The notes below the pieces were generated by a model. The model saw only the letters and a program-made list of their open reading frames with translations, ran no database searches and was not told the DNA's origin. From Rhizaria sp. SCN 62-66 (lineage: Eukaryota), in NCBI GenBank assembly GCA_001724265.1, contig MEDY01000003.1, forward strand, positions 124,001 to 187,283: DNA of 63,283 nt. Direction: 5' to 3'. The position numbers and the translations under genes are program-made. Positions 35,814 through 47,055 of the stretch are shown here, piece by piece (the first letter of the stretch is position 1; every line of letters begins with the position of its first letter).

Positions 35814-38800
35814 ATGTCCTCGTACGCGGAACGTGCAGGAGCTCCCGCCGCCTCGGCCAAGCCCAACAACAACTCGACTAAGCCCGCCGCTGCTTCTGCC
35901 GCTGCCGCTGCTGCCAAGCCCGCCGCTCCCAAGAGCGCCGCCGCTGCCGTTGCCGCTGCCGCTGCTCCTGCTTCTAAGTCTTCTTCTGCTGCTGTTTCTT
36001 CCACCGTTCCGCCTACTAAGTCCGCCTCTAACAAGTCGGGTTCGTCCAAGTCCAACAAGGGCTCTGACAACTTCGACCTGCTTGGCGATTCACCCATCGA
36101 GCCCAAGACCCGCCACCAGGTACGACTCCTGATATCTTCTTCAAATTTCCTCTACTGTGCTTGAGTTACACTACCGTTTTAGATCCTGTGTAGTCAGCAT
36201 TGCTGGTATGTAACTGAACTATAACGATTCTTTTCATTCGCTCACGCCTCATTTTCATGATACTATATTCCCCTCCAACAGGGTGTGGGCATCGTCAAGA
36301 ACGTCCTCTCCGCGACGTCGATCATCGTTTCCGGTGCCGGCAAGGAGAAGCGTCTCGTGCTCTCGGGCATCACCGCCCCCCGCCTGGGCTTCGGCCCCCA
36401 GAGCGTGGACGAGCCCTTCGCCTTCCAGGCCAAGGAGTTCACCCGCGCCCTCCTCCTGGGCAAGAAGGTCTCCTTCGTCCTCGTTAACGGCGCCGCCGAG
36501 AACGAGGGCTCGTCGGAGCAGGCCGAGGTGACGCTCGACGGTGTCAACGTCGCCCACGCCGTCGTCTCCGCTGGCTGGGCCAAGACCTCGATCCCGCCCT
36601 ACCTCACCCGCGGCAACGCCACCACGGCCGCCGACAACGCCGTCCCCGACGCCGTCACCAAGAAGGACAAGAAGGCCGGCGCCGCCGTCGCTGCCCCCGC
36701 GCCCGCGGCTGCCCCGTCGTTCGACGCGTCGCAGCTGCCCGCGGACCGCGCTGCGATCTACAAGCTCCAGCTCGCGGCCGAGAAGAACAAGGTGGGCATG
36801 TTCAAGCCCAACCCCGTGGCCACCGTGCGCAAGATCAACCGTGCGCCCGTGCACCTGTCGTGGCTCAAGGCGCACAAGGGCAAGCCCGTGCACGCGATCG
36901 TGGACCGCGTCATGGACGGCTCGATGCTTCGCCTCGAGATCCCTGACCCCGCCAACCCGGCCTCGCTGCAGCACACGATGCTCACGGTCAACCTCGCCGG
37001 CGCTCGCTGCGCACGTATGCCCATGAGCAGCGACAAGAACGCCGTCGCCCCCGAGGGCGCGGCCGAGGCCGTGGCGTTCGTCGAGCAGCGTCTGCTAAAC
37101 CGCGACGTGGAGCTCGTCCTGCTCGGCCTCGACAAGGCCGGTCAGGCCACCAACTCCCAGGGCGCGCTCTACGGCTCCATCAACCACCCCAAGGGCAACA
37201 TCGCGGTCCGCCTGCTCGAGACCAACCTCGCCAAGTACGTCCCCTGGACTGCCGCGCTGCTGCCCGAGGACGAGCGCGCCCAGCTCCAGGCCGCTGCCAA
37301 CGTCACCGCGTCCTCCACCCCGTCCGGCGGCAAGCCCTTCGAGGCGACTGTCGTGCAGATCGTCTCCGGCGACGTCCTCGTCATCAAGACGGCCGACGGC
37401 AAGGAGCAGCGCGTGTGCCTCGCGTCGGTGTCTGCGCCTCGCTCGTCCCGCGACAAGTCCGAGCCGTTCGCGTTCGAGGCCAAGGAGTTCCTCCGCAAGT
37501 CGCTCATCATGAAGCCCGTGACGGTGATCCCTGAGTACACCCGCGAGGGCAAGGCTGCGTCGCCCGAGGAGAAGGGCGAGATGCGCCAGTACGTCACCGT
37601 CTTCAAGGGCAAGTACAACGTCGCCACCGAGCTCGTCGCCGCCGGCCTCGCCGACGTCACCCCGTACTCCAAGGAGGCTGACCGCCCCGCGAGCTACGTC
37701 GAGCTGTGCGCCGCCGAGGCCGCGGCCATCGCCGGCGAGAAGGGCAAGCACTCGAAGAAGGCCCACCCCGCGCAGGTCCATGACTTTACCCGCGTTAACG
37801 AGCGCCGCCGTGGTGGTGCCGCCGCCGCCGCCGCTGACGAGAGCAAGTCGAGCAAGAACGATGCCGCGCAGACCAACAAGGCTAACGCGGACCGCCTCAA
37901 GATCGTGCTGGACAAGCTCATTGCGCAGCAGAACGTGCACGGCGTTGTCGAGGCCGTGTTCGCGCCCAACCTGCTTAAGGTCTTCGTGCCCATGCTCCAT
38001 GCCTACATCCCCGTCACCTTCGCCGCCATCCAGGGCCCCCGCTCCGCGCGCCGCGCTGCCGACGAGGCCGAGGAGGCTGAGGAGGGCGCCAAGGAGAAGT
38101 CCGCCGCCAAGTACAAGGGCTACTCCGACTCCGCCATGGCTATTCTGAAGCAGTACATGCAGCAGGACATCACGCTCGAGGTCTCTGCGCTGTCCCGCCA
38201 GGACTCGTTCCTCGCCAACGTGCTCGTCACCGCCCCCGGCGCCGCGGCCGGCACCCCCAAGGACAACCTCGCCGTGACCCTCGTCAAGCAGGGCCTGGCG
38301 GCGCTGATCCCGCCCGTTGCCGAGCGCAACGCGTACAAGAAGCAGCTCCAGCAGGCCGAGTCCGAGGCCAAGAAGCGCCACCTCAACATCTGGGTCGACT
38401 ACGACGAGGAGAAGGAGCGCGCCGAGTATGAGAAGGCCCGCACCGAGGCTGCCCAGGCCGTGCTTGGCGCTGGCACCTTCGTCAAGGACGACGTCCAGTA
38501 CCTCCACTGCGTCGTCACCGACGTTGTCGACCCCGTGCACTTCTACATCAACTCGAGCGACGACAAGAACGTCGAGCTTGTCAAGGAGAAGATGGCTGCC
38601 TTCTCCGGCAGCGAGGCCGCGCCCGCCGAGTGGAAGCCCATCCGCAACGACATCGTCGCCGCGCTCTTCGACGAGGACAACTCATGGTACCGCGCCCGCA
38701 TCGACAACGTCAACACCAAGTCGGAGCTCTACTCGATCCAGTTCATCGACTTCGGCAACGTCACCGCTGTGCCCCTCTCGGCCCTGCGCCCCCTGCCCAA

Positions 38801-39200
38801 GGACCTCGCCGCCATCAAGCCCCTGGCGCGCCCCTGCAAGCTCTCGTGCCTCAAGCCCCCGATCGCGGGCTCTGAGTACTTCGAGGCCGCTGCCAACGCC
38901 TTCGCCGACATCACTGCGGGCGTCAAGTTCGCCGCCCGCATCGACGGCGCCGAGCCTGCCCCCAGCCAGCTGCTGTATCTCACCCTGTACCCGGCCGAGG
39001 TCGTCGCCGAGGGCAAGATGAAGGATGCTGCGTCGGCCAATACCGAGCTCATCCGCGCCGGCTGGCTCCGCGTCAACCCGCGCCCCCCGCGCCGTCTCGA
39101 CGCTCTGATCCCTGAGCTCGAGCGCGTCGAGGCCGAGGCCCGCGCCAGCCACGTCAACATCTGGGAGTACGGCTACTACGCCTCCGACATGGACGATTAA
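35814..39200 (+). CDS. SND1: Tudor staphylococcal nuclease (Tudor-SN/p100)
   Basis: Exons 35814-36119 and 36282-39200. Repeated SNase domains (DEPFAFQAKEF, EPFAFEAKEFLRK), Tudor cage ALFDEDNSWYRARI..FIDFGN, terminal EAEARASHVNIWEYG. Ends TAA. Confidence 0.95.
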
Positions 39201-39510
39201 GCAGTTGATCAGCTCCGTGATACGAGACGGACGACGACTGGAAACCTTTAACGTAACTGTGCGGTGTTAAGAATAATATAATTTCAAGAAAGGTGATGAT
39301 CATGGACGCACCTTTCAATCATTCATAATACAATAGTTTTTTAATACGTCCTTTTCAGTAAATGATAATGATTGTTGTATTCATCGTGTTATATTCGTAT
39401 TATATTCGTAAAGAAATTCAAATATAGTTGTTGTTTTTTCACTGGTCTTAAAAGGGTTAGTATAACATCCACCTGCAACATCTCCATCTAAGCCTTGCTT
39501 ACGGCGTCGC

Positions 39511-42500
39511 TTAGTAGTAATAATCAATGTAGTTATCGCTGTTATTGTTGTTATTATTGGAATTAAGTGCCTTCCCGCGCGCCTTAAGCGTCTCAATCAC
39601 TCCCGCAGCGCGCATGTTCGCCAGCGAGGGCCGCAGCGCAGACGTGATAAACGCGGTGGTGCGCTGGACGTCGTCGTCAAACAACACGGTGTGGCGGTAC
39701 GCGTTTTCGTAGCTGTCCACGCGGTTGCTGCGCGAGCAATGGCGCTCGCGGCCGCTTGAGTGGCGTTCACGGTCACTAGAACGCCTCTCGCGTTCGCTGT
39801 CATTGCGGTGGCGTCCGCTCGAGTGGTGATCACTGCGGCTCTTGCTACACTTCCTGCCAACGTTGATGTTATCGCTGTGGCGAGAGTCGCTGTTCTCTTT
39901 ATCACTGCTGCTGTTAATGACGCCACTGGCGCCACTGCGACTGTCAACGCCAGAGCTAGTCTTGCCCTTGTCGCGGTGGCTCATCTTGTCATCACTGTCA
40001 TCGTCGTCGCTTGCACGGCCAGGACTGTGGCCACTAGCACTGTCACCATTGCTTTGGTTGTGGTCGTGAGCACGACTGCGACGGTGACTGTGATGGCGGC
40101 TGGTGCGACGCGGCTTAACTTCCTGTGACGGCAGAGTGAAATCGCCCAGCGTCGAGAACGCACTCGAGAACGGGCCCCGAGAAAGTGTTGCAGTGCTCAG
40201 CGTGGGCAGCGGCACGGGGCGCGGCCGAGGACGCGGGTAAGGTTGAGTGGATTGCGACTGGGGCTGCAGGCGAGATGGCGCATAGCGGTCGATGAAAGTG
40301 AGGGGATCAATGACAGCAGGCGTTGCAATCGTGTTGGCAGCAGCATCAACGGTGGTATCATCTGGTGGATTATGATTAGCCGCGGTAGAAACATCGCCGC
40401 TATTGTTTGAAGCAGCCGCAATCCTGTTTGTGCTTGCGTCACGCGCTTCTTTGTTCGCATCATCGGTCGATCTGCTAATGTTGGCATTCGCAACTGGGGG
40501 TAGTGCCGTGATGACAGGGGCAAACGTGGCCAGATGCGCAAGGCTCGGCAACTTTGACAGCTTCTGGCTCGCTGCAATCGGACCGAAACTGTTGGTGGGG
40601 GCGCTGTTGGTCGTCAGTGTTGCGACTGCAGCAGCGAGACGACTGAGCATGTTGTCACTGGCAAAGTCCTTATCATCCTCAAGGACAGCAGCCTTGTCCA
40701 CAGCTGCGGCAGAAGCGTCGGCATCAGATAAAGGTGTCTCGACACTCTTAATCGCAGTTAAAGTGCTAGAATCAAGTGAGATCGCTGCGGTGGCATCATC
40801 AACACACACAGGAGTGATGGCGGTGGCGGCAGCAGCAGCAGTCGGCACAGTTGAGGTCGCAAGCGGAAACTGCACGGCCTCACGCTGTTGCTCAGAGGCG
40901 AGTACGTCCTTCGTAGGCGCTAAGATGTCGATCAGTGCGATCGTCCCCTCACCGAGTCCTTCCTTGGAGTAGACTTCAGATGTCGCGTCAAATCGATAAA
41001 GCGCATCGCTCTGGCTCACGTCCTCACCGTCGGTTTCGCTGTCCGTGGCGGCGTTAGCAGCTGCAACAGCAGCGGCTAACGCGGCGGCCGCTGCAGCCAC
41101 GGCAGCGCTCTTGTCTTTCATACGCTTGCTGATCTTAGCGCTGGTGCTGCCAAGGTTAGCCTGCGAGAGACCAGCGGCAGCCAGAAGCTCAGACGCAGTT
41201 GCAAGCTCAGGCAGCACCGGCAACAGCAACGCTGGCTGCCAATGATGCTGCTGATGGTCTTGCTGCTTCGTGGTTCTAGAAGCAGCGAGCACATGGCTTG
41301 CGGCTGTGGTTGCAGTGCCCATGATGAAGCCAGTGGGGCCGTTGGTGTTTGTGGCAGTCACAGTGGGCTCACGGCTAACAGTAGGCTCGGGCAGTGACTC
41401 TGAGAAGACGTAGCTGTCACGGAAACTGTCACTTTCGCTGTTGCGCGCGCCGGTCACGACTGCAGCCGGGCTCGGGGCAGGAGCAGTAACGCTGATATGG
41501 CCGTTGTTCGGGCTCGTGTGCATTGAGTCACCGTTTGCGTGGGCGTTGCTATTGGCACAAGTAGTAACTTTAGGCGCAACAGTGACACGGTCTTCGTCAT
41601 CTTCAGCACCGTTTGCATCAACATTAACAGCAGTCTTCGCAGCCACAGCGCCCACACTCGCGTGCGCATTGAGACTAGCATTACCAGCGATCGCGCTTGC
41701 AGCGCCCGGCGCAGGGCAACTGTCGGCGGACTGGCTGTGCGCAATGTGGTTCAGCGTGATGTGCTGGTTGTGGACCGCAGCGGCGCCGGAATAACCGTGG
41801 GCAGCGTGGCTGTGGGCAGCGGACCCCGCAGGACTGTGCGAGCGCGACGAGCTGTGACTGTGGGACGCCGACTGACTGTGAGCAGCAACGGCGACGGCAG
41901 CGGCGGCCGCGTTGCTCGAGCCAGCGTTGGAGCTGGCGCTGGCGAGCAGGCTCGGGCTGAACTGACTGTGGGCGAGCGAGCGACCCGCAGAGACGGGACT
42001 GTTGGCCACACTCACGTGCTGGCCAGGGGCCAAGTAACAGTGAGCCGAGTGACCGTGAGCCAAGCCGGCGACGCCACTGTCATGCGCGGCGGTCACAATC
42101 CCAGCGGCAGCGGCAGCGGCGGCCGTGGCGGCAGCAGCGGCCGTGAAGTGACCGTGGGGACCGTGCTTCGGACTCGCGGCGGGGCTGAATCGGCCGCCCA
42201 GACCGCCGCCGACGCCGCCGCCAGTGAAGCTGCTTGTGCTGCTGATACAGCTCATGCCACCTATGACACCAGCGCCACTGCTACTAGCGCTGGCGCTGGC
42301 GCTGGCGCTGGTGAAGGAGCTGTTGTTGCTGCCCGCGTTGCTGCTGGCGGCGCTGGCGCGGGCGCGCGACGGCGACGACGGCAGCGCGGCGGGCAGCGCT
42401 GGAACAGGAATCGCGCGCGGCGACGACGGCAGCGGCCGCAGCGGCGACAGCGGCCGCAGCAGCGGCGACTGCGAGCCGAGCGGCGTCTGCGCGCGCAGCG

Positions 42501-45120
42501 GTGGCTGCGAGGGATGCGGCGACTGTGCGCCGCGGAGGGGAGACTGTGCGCCGCGGTGCGGCGACTGCGGCGGCGAGGACGTCGCGAGAGGGAGCGCGAG
42601 CGGCTGCGGCGGCGGCAGCGACAGCGACAGAGGCGGCGGCTGCGAATACAAGTTTTGGTCACCCGGCGGGACGTTGGAGAGATCGTTCGATGGGGCGCTG
42701 ATGAACACGCGCAGCGGAGACGGCGGGCGCAGCGACTGCGCGGCGGCGACAGCGCCGGCGTTGTTGGCGCTGGGCGTGCTCGGAACAACGCTCAAGCTGC
42801 TCGCGGATGCACTGGTAACGTCCGCGTTTGTGATAACGCCTACGATTGCAGAGGTGTTGGTCTGAGGCGGCAGCGGGGACGGAAGCGGGGGAGCAGGCAG
42901 GTCCAGATCAGGGAGATGGGCACTGTGGGCCTGCTGAAACAACAGCTGTTGGGTCTGCTGTTGAGACTGATCCTGTTGTTGCTGCGGAAGTTGCTGCTGT
43001 GGAGGCTGCATGACAGGCTAACAAAGCTAAATCTGCTGCTGTTGCTGCTGCACCTACCCCTGTGGCAACGGCAGCGGCACAGGCAGGGCGCGCGGCGGCT
43101 GCCACGCCTGCGGCTGCCACGCCTGCGGCTGCAGCGGCAGCGGCAAAGCGGGGGCGAGGACCGGAGTCCGTGCTGGCGTTTGGTGAGCCGCAGGCTGCGG
43201 TACGGCGCGCGACTATGGCTGTTGCAGATTTTGCGACTGCTGTTCAACAGCAACGCTCGCACTGACCGAGTTCGCATTCCCCGCGACCGGTGCCTCAGTA
43301 GCGGTGACTTGACTGCCGGGAACCACAAACGCGGGCACTGGCGGCAGCGGCAGCGGCAGCACCACGTGTTCTGTACTCGTGGGGGGAGTGAAGTGCAGTG
43401 CGTTCCCGCTGGCGTTGGTGCCGTACGCGGCCAGCAGCCGGATGAGCGCGCCGCGGGCCGCGGTGGCAGCGTCCGCCGCCGCGGTTGACGCGGGGGCCGT
43501 GGCGGCGGCGCCGTAGCCAGCGGCGGAGTCGGTGACCGCGGAGTCGGCGGCGGTCAGGCCGCTGTAGCCGTAGGTGTAGACGGAGGGGTTGTGTGTGGAG
43601 GCGGCCGTCGCGACGGGCGCAGTGACAGGGACGGGGGCCAGAGCAGGAGCAGACGAGCTGGAAACAGAAGCAGCGGTGTTCGATGCGGCGTTGGTGTTTG
43701 TGTAAGCGCTCTGGCCCGCGCTGTGCGGGCCCTGGTCCCGAGTGTGAGCGCCTGCAGGCGAGTTCGTGAAGTCAGAGATGAGCCCGTCGATGCGACTCTT
43801 GAGCTGGTCGAAGGTCGTGCACTCGGGCGCGATGACAGTCACCTGGGGCACCGCAACCGCGGGCACAGTCACGGTGACCGTGGGCGCAGTGACCGTGGGC
43901 GCAGTGACCGTGGGCGCAGTGACCGTGGGCGCAGTGACCGTCGTGGGCGCAGTCGGCTGGGGAACTGCGGGCATCGCAATCGAGGGCACTGAGACTGAAT
44001 GCGTGGGAATATATGACTGACTGCTACTGACATTGACTGTCTGAGGCAGGTTTGCAGCAGCAGCAGCAGCAGCAGCACCATCGTGAGAAACATGGGCGCC
44101 GTCGCGAGAAATGTGGCCGTTCATCGTCGCTTTGGCCTTAGCAGCGGCGATGGCAGCGGCAACAGCCGTCTCGGCCTCGCACAACGCAGCGTTGACGCCG
44201 CCCTTGTCGCCGCAGCTGCTGCTGCCGCTCCTGCTAACCCCAGTGCCCGCGCTCTGAAGCTGCGTCTGCAACTGCTGCAGCTGCTGTAGCTGCAGCTGCA
44301 ACTGCTCTTGCTGTTGCTGCTGTTGTGCATGTTTCTGCTGCTGCAGCTGCTGTTGCTGCAGTTGTTGCTGTTGCAGCTGCCTCTGGCGCTGGAATCTTGC
44401 CGCATCGGCCTCGGCTTCCGCCTCTGCGACTGCAGCCTCGGCCTCGGCCGCTTCCTGTTGCACGCGCTGCTGCTCCGAAGCGAAGCCGCGCGCGCGCTCC
44501 ATAGTAGCGAAGCGGGGGAGCGGGACGCGGCCGTCAGACGCAGGGCCGCCGACGCTGGGAGTGACAGCGCCCGAGCCCCGCGCGCGGGCACGCACTGAGG
44601 TGAGCGCAGGCGGCGCAGCGCTAGCGGTGCCGTTACCGTTGTTGCTGTTGTTGCTGTTGTGGGGGCGGGTGAGGGTGGGGATGGACGGAGGAAACAGCGA
44701 GCGAGTCACGACCACGGGCACTCCACTAGCAGCAGTAACGCCAGTGCTTGCACTGCTGGTAGCGTTGTTGCTGCCCGTGATGGCGCTACCGTTGCTGCTG
44801 TTGTTGCGGTTGCGCTCGAGCGCCTGCTGGATCCGGCTGTCCAGCGCTGCGGCCGCCGCGGGGTCAAGCGGCGATGGCGACGCCAAGGCGCGCAGCGGGC
44901 GAGACACCGCGGGGCGCGTGCTCGCGGCGGCAGTGGAGGCGGCGGAAGCGGCGGTGGCGCGAGCGCCGCGCGAGGGCGACGGGGACGGCGAGGCGCGGCG
45001 GTAGGGAGATGAAGAGCCGGAGCCAAACGCGGGCCTGGTCGAAGTAGATGTTCCTCGTGCGCTGACGCGTGGGGAGTAAGAGGACGCAGAGACGTAGACA
45101 GAAGAAGATGGAGTGGCCAT
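39511..45120 (-). CDS. Hypothetical ~1869-aa low-complexity protein with four in-frame TAG codons
   Basis: ORFs 43213-45120 and 39511-43011 are in one frame, joined by 68 codons containing TAG at 43215-43213, 43056-43054, 43029-43027, 43020-43018 and no TAA/TGA. ATG directly follows a pyrimidine tract + CAG (probable 5'UTR intron 45197-45121). Ends TAA. No domain recognised. Confidence 0.7.
43874..43954. repeat. 15-bp coding tandem repeat (GTGACCGTGGGCGCA)x4 plus a degenerate copy
   Basis: Read directly; encodes (TVTAP)n on the minus strand. Confidence 0.9.
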
Positions 45121-45659
45121 CTGGAACCGGAAAAAAAAAGTTTATCACGGCTGGGAATCAGAAAGTAAGGAAAGGGCGAGCGTGATCCAACGGCTACCTG
45201 TAGTGTAACGGTAATGAGTATAGTGGAGTATATAGTGAGCCAATAGAAATATTATAAAAGGATATACTTAAATAAATGTCATAAAATATACGTATGTTTG
45301 TGAATGTTGGATTAACGGTATATTCACGATGTGGCTACTAAAAACGCGAGTTTGGCAGGGTCGAGCAAGCAAGGAAGAAGCAAGGAGCGACCGGTGGCGG
45401 TTCAGAAAAACCGGATGTAGCAGCAGACCCGTGACAATAAAAAACACTGCCTATGATTCTCAACAAGATGCTATAGAATATCAATGCATTATTTATATAG
45501 AAAATTGTCTGAAATATTCCTATCAGTCATTATTATTCTGATTTTCGAAAGAAAATGCCGGATGTTCGCACACCTCCAAGCGATCTGACGGAACCCGAGT
45601 CCCATAAGCTTCCCCTTACGCGCTCACTCCACTTTTACTTTTTACGTTCAGTTACTCGT

Positions 45660-46550
45660 ATGTTTAGTGACGAACACGACGACTGCAGGGGCCCTCGCTC
45701 GTATCCTCTCAGCGCCGTCCTCGCCGGCGCCGGGTGCGGGGCGCGGGTCGGCTTCGGCCTCAGACTGCTGGGCCACTGACGCGTTCCAGGCCCCGGGGCG
45801 CGACGTGCGTCCCAGGCCCCGGGACTCAACGCTGCGCCGCTGGAGGAGCTCGACGCAGACTTCAAAGAGGCGTTCGTGTGGCTCATCGCCCACCACGCCG
45901 CGCTCGCCGACCTGGCCGCGGGCGACGAAGTGCGGCGTGTGGGGCAAGTCTGCACGCTGGCCGCCGAGTTCAACGCCACAACCGCCGCACTAACGCTGAC
46001 ATTCCCCGCCGGCTGCGACTACGCGAAGCAGCGGGTGCCGATCGGCGAGATAAACGCCAAGCTCGGTGCGATTGAGGCCGAGTCCAAGTGCGCCAAGCAG
46101 GAGACGCTCAGGTTCGACGCGATCAGGAGCGAGACCGACAGGATGTTGGAGAAGCTCCAGAAGCAACACCCAACGTTAAACGTGGTCTCCAGCAGCACGG
46201 TCAGCAACAGCATCAGCGACAGCACCGCAACAGCGTCAGTGACAGTGTCAGCGACGGCGTCAAGTACCGAGTTGAAGCCAGAGTCAGTGAGGCGCAAAGG
46301 CAATGTTTCTGGGAAGACAGCGATTGAAGCAAACAGCACAAATAATGGTCATCTTGTGCCCCTGCAGCAGACGTCAGGCATTGCTGATACAATTTGGGAA
46401 AGTGGGAACAAAGAAGTGGGTGGCCGCACCGCCCATTCACACTGCTGCTTCTCGGTTTGCAACGTGGAGCACACTGTATCTCGGTGGTATTTCCGTCACT
46501 GTGCAAATAAAATCAATACAGATTTCCCCAATACATTTACTGCTGAATAA
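45660..46550 (+). pseudogene. Coding-like fragment or unresolved gene model with an in-frame TGA
   Basis: GC-rich coding-like frame from ATG 45660 is interrupted by TGA 45777-45779, then open to TAA 46550; no family recognised. Confidence 0.3.
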
Positions 46551-47055
46551 AAAGGATATTTTGCCGTTTTAGTCTGCACTAGTAAAGTTATGCCTGAAAC
46601 TGTGAACGGCTATGACGAAGAGTGTCTAAACCAGGGCGAGTTCGAAGTGATCCACCAACGCCTTCAAAATAGTGTTTTAGTGACCAAGTTATGTGTGTAT
46701 GTGCTCAATAGTGTTGTGTTCTAAACATTAATTGTGTTTTTGTGTATTATATCTATTCAACTTAAGGATGAGGGTTGAGTTTTAACACAGAAATCCCGCC
46801 TGCAAATTCGTGACCACGATGGCCTCAAGGTTCCGTTACTCTCACTGTCACACGCTTCCCACACGCCTACAATTAGGCATACTTCGCTTCCGCGCTCACC
46901 AGGTCTGTACCTGAACCGTTTGTAACTCGTGTCTTCTTAACCTCCTTCGTGTGCGGCTCCACGCTCGTCTCCGCGCCCTCCCAGACTTCCACTCCCGCAA
47001 GCGCACGAGCGCGCGTGCATTGAACACTCCCTCGGCACCCACAACGCGGCACGGC

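Noticed and set aside
30100-39200. Functional cluster of RNP-related genes (pICln, NOP16, Tudor-SN)
   Set aside because: Interleaved with unrelated housekeeping genes; compatible with chance.
43018-43203. Intron GTACCG...TTTGTTAG that would remove three of the four TAGs
   Set aside because: GC-rich and coding-like, donor is not GTACG, and the TAG at 43215-43213 lies upstream of it and would remain.
43874-43954. CRISPR-like array
   Set aside because: No spacers; it is an in-frame 15-bp coding repeat in a eukaryotic gene.
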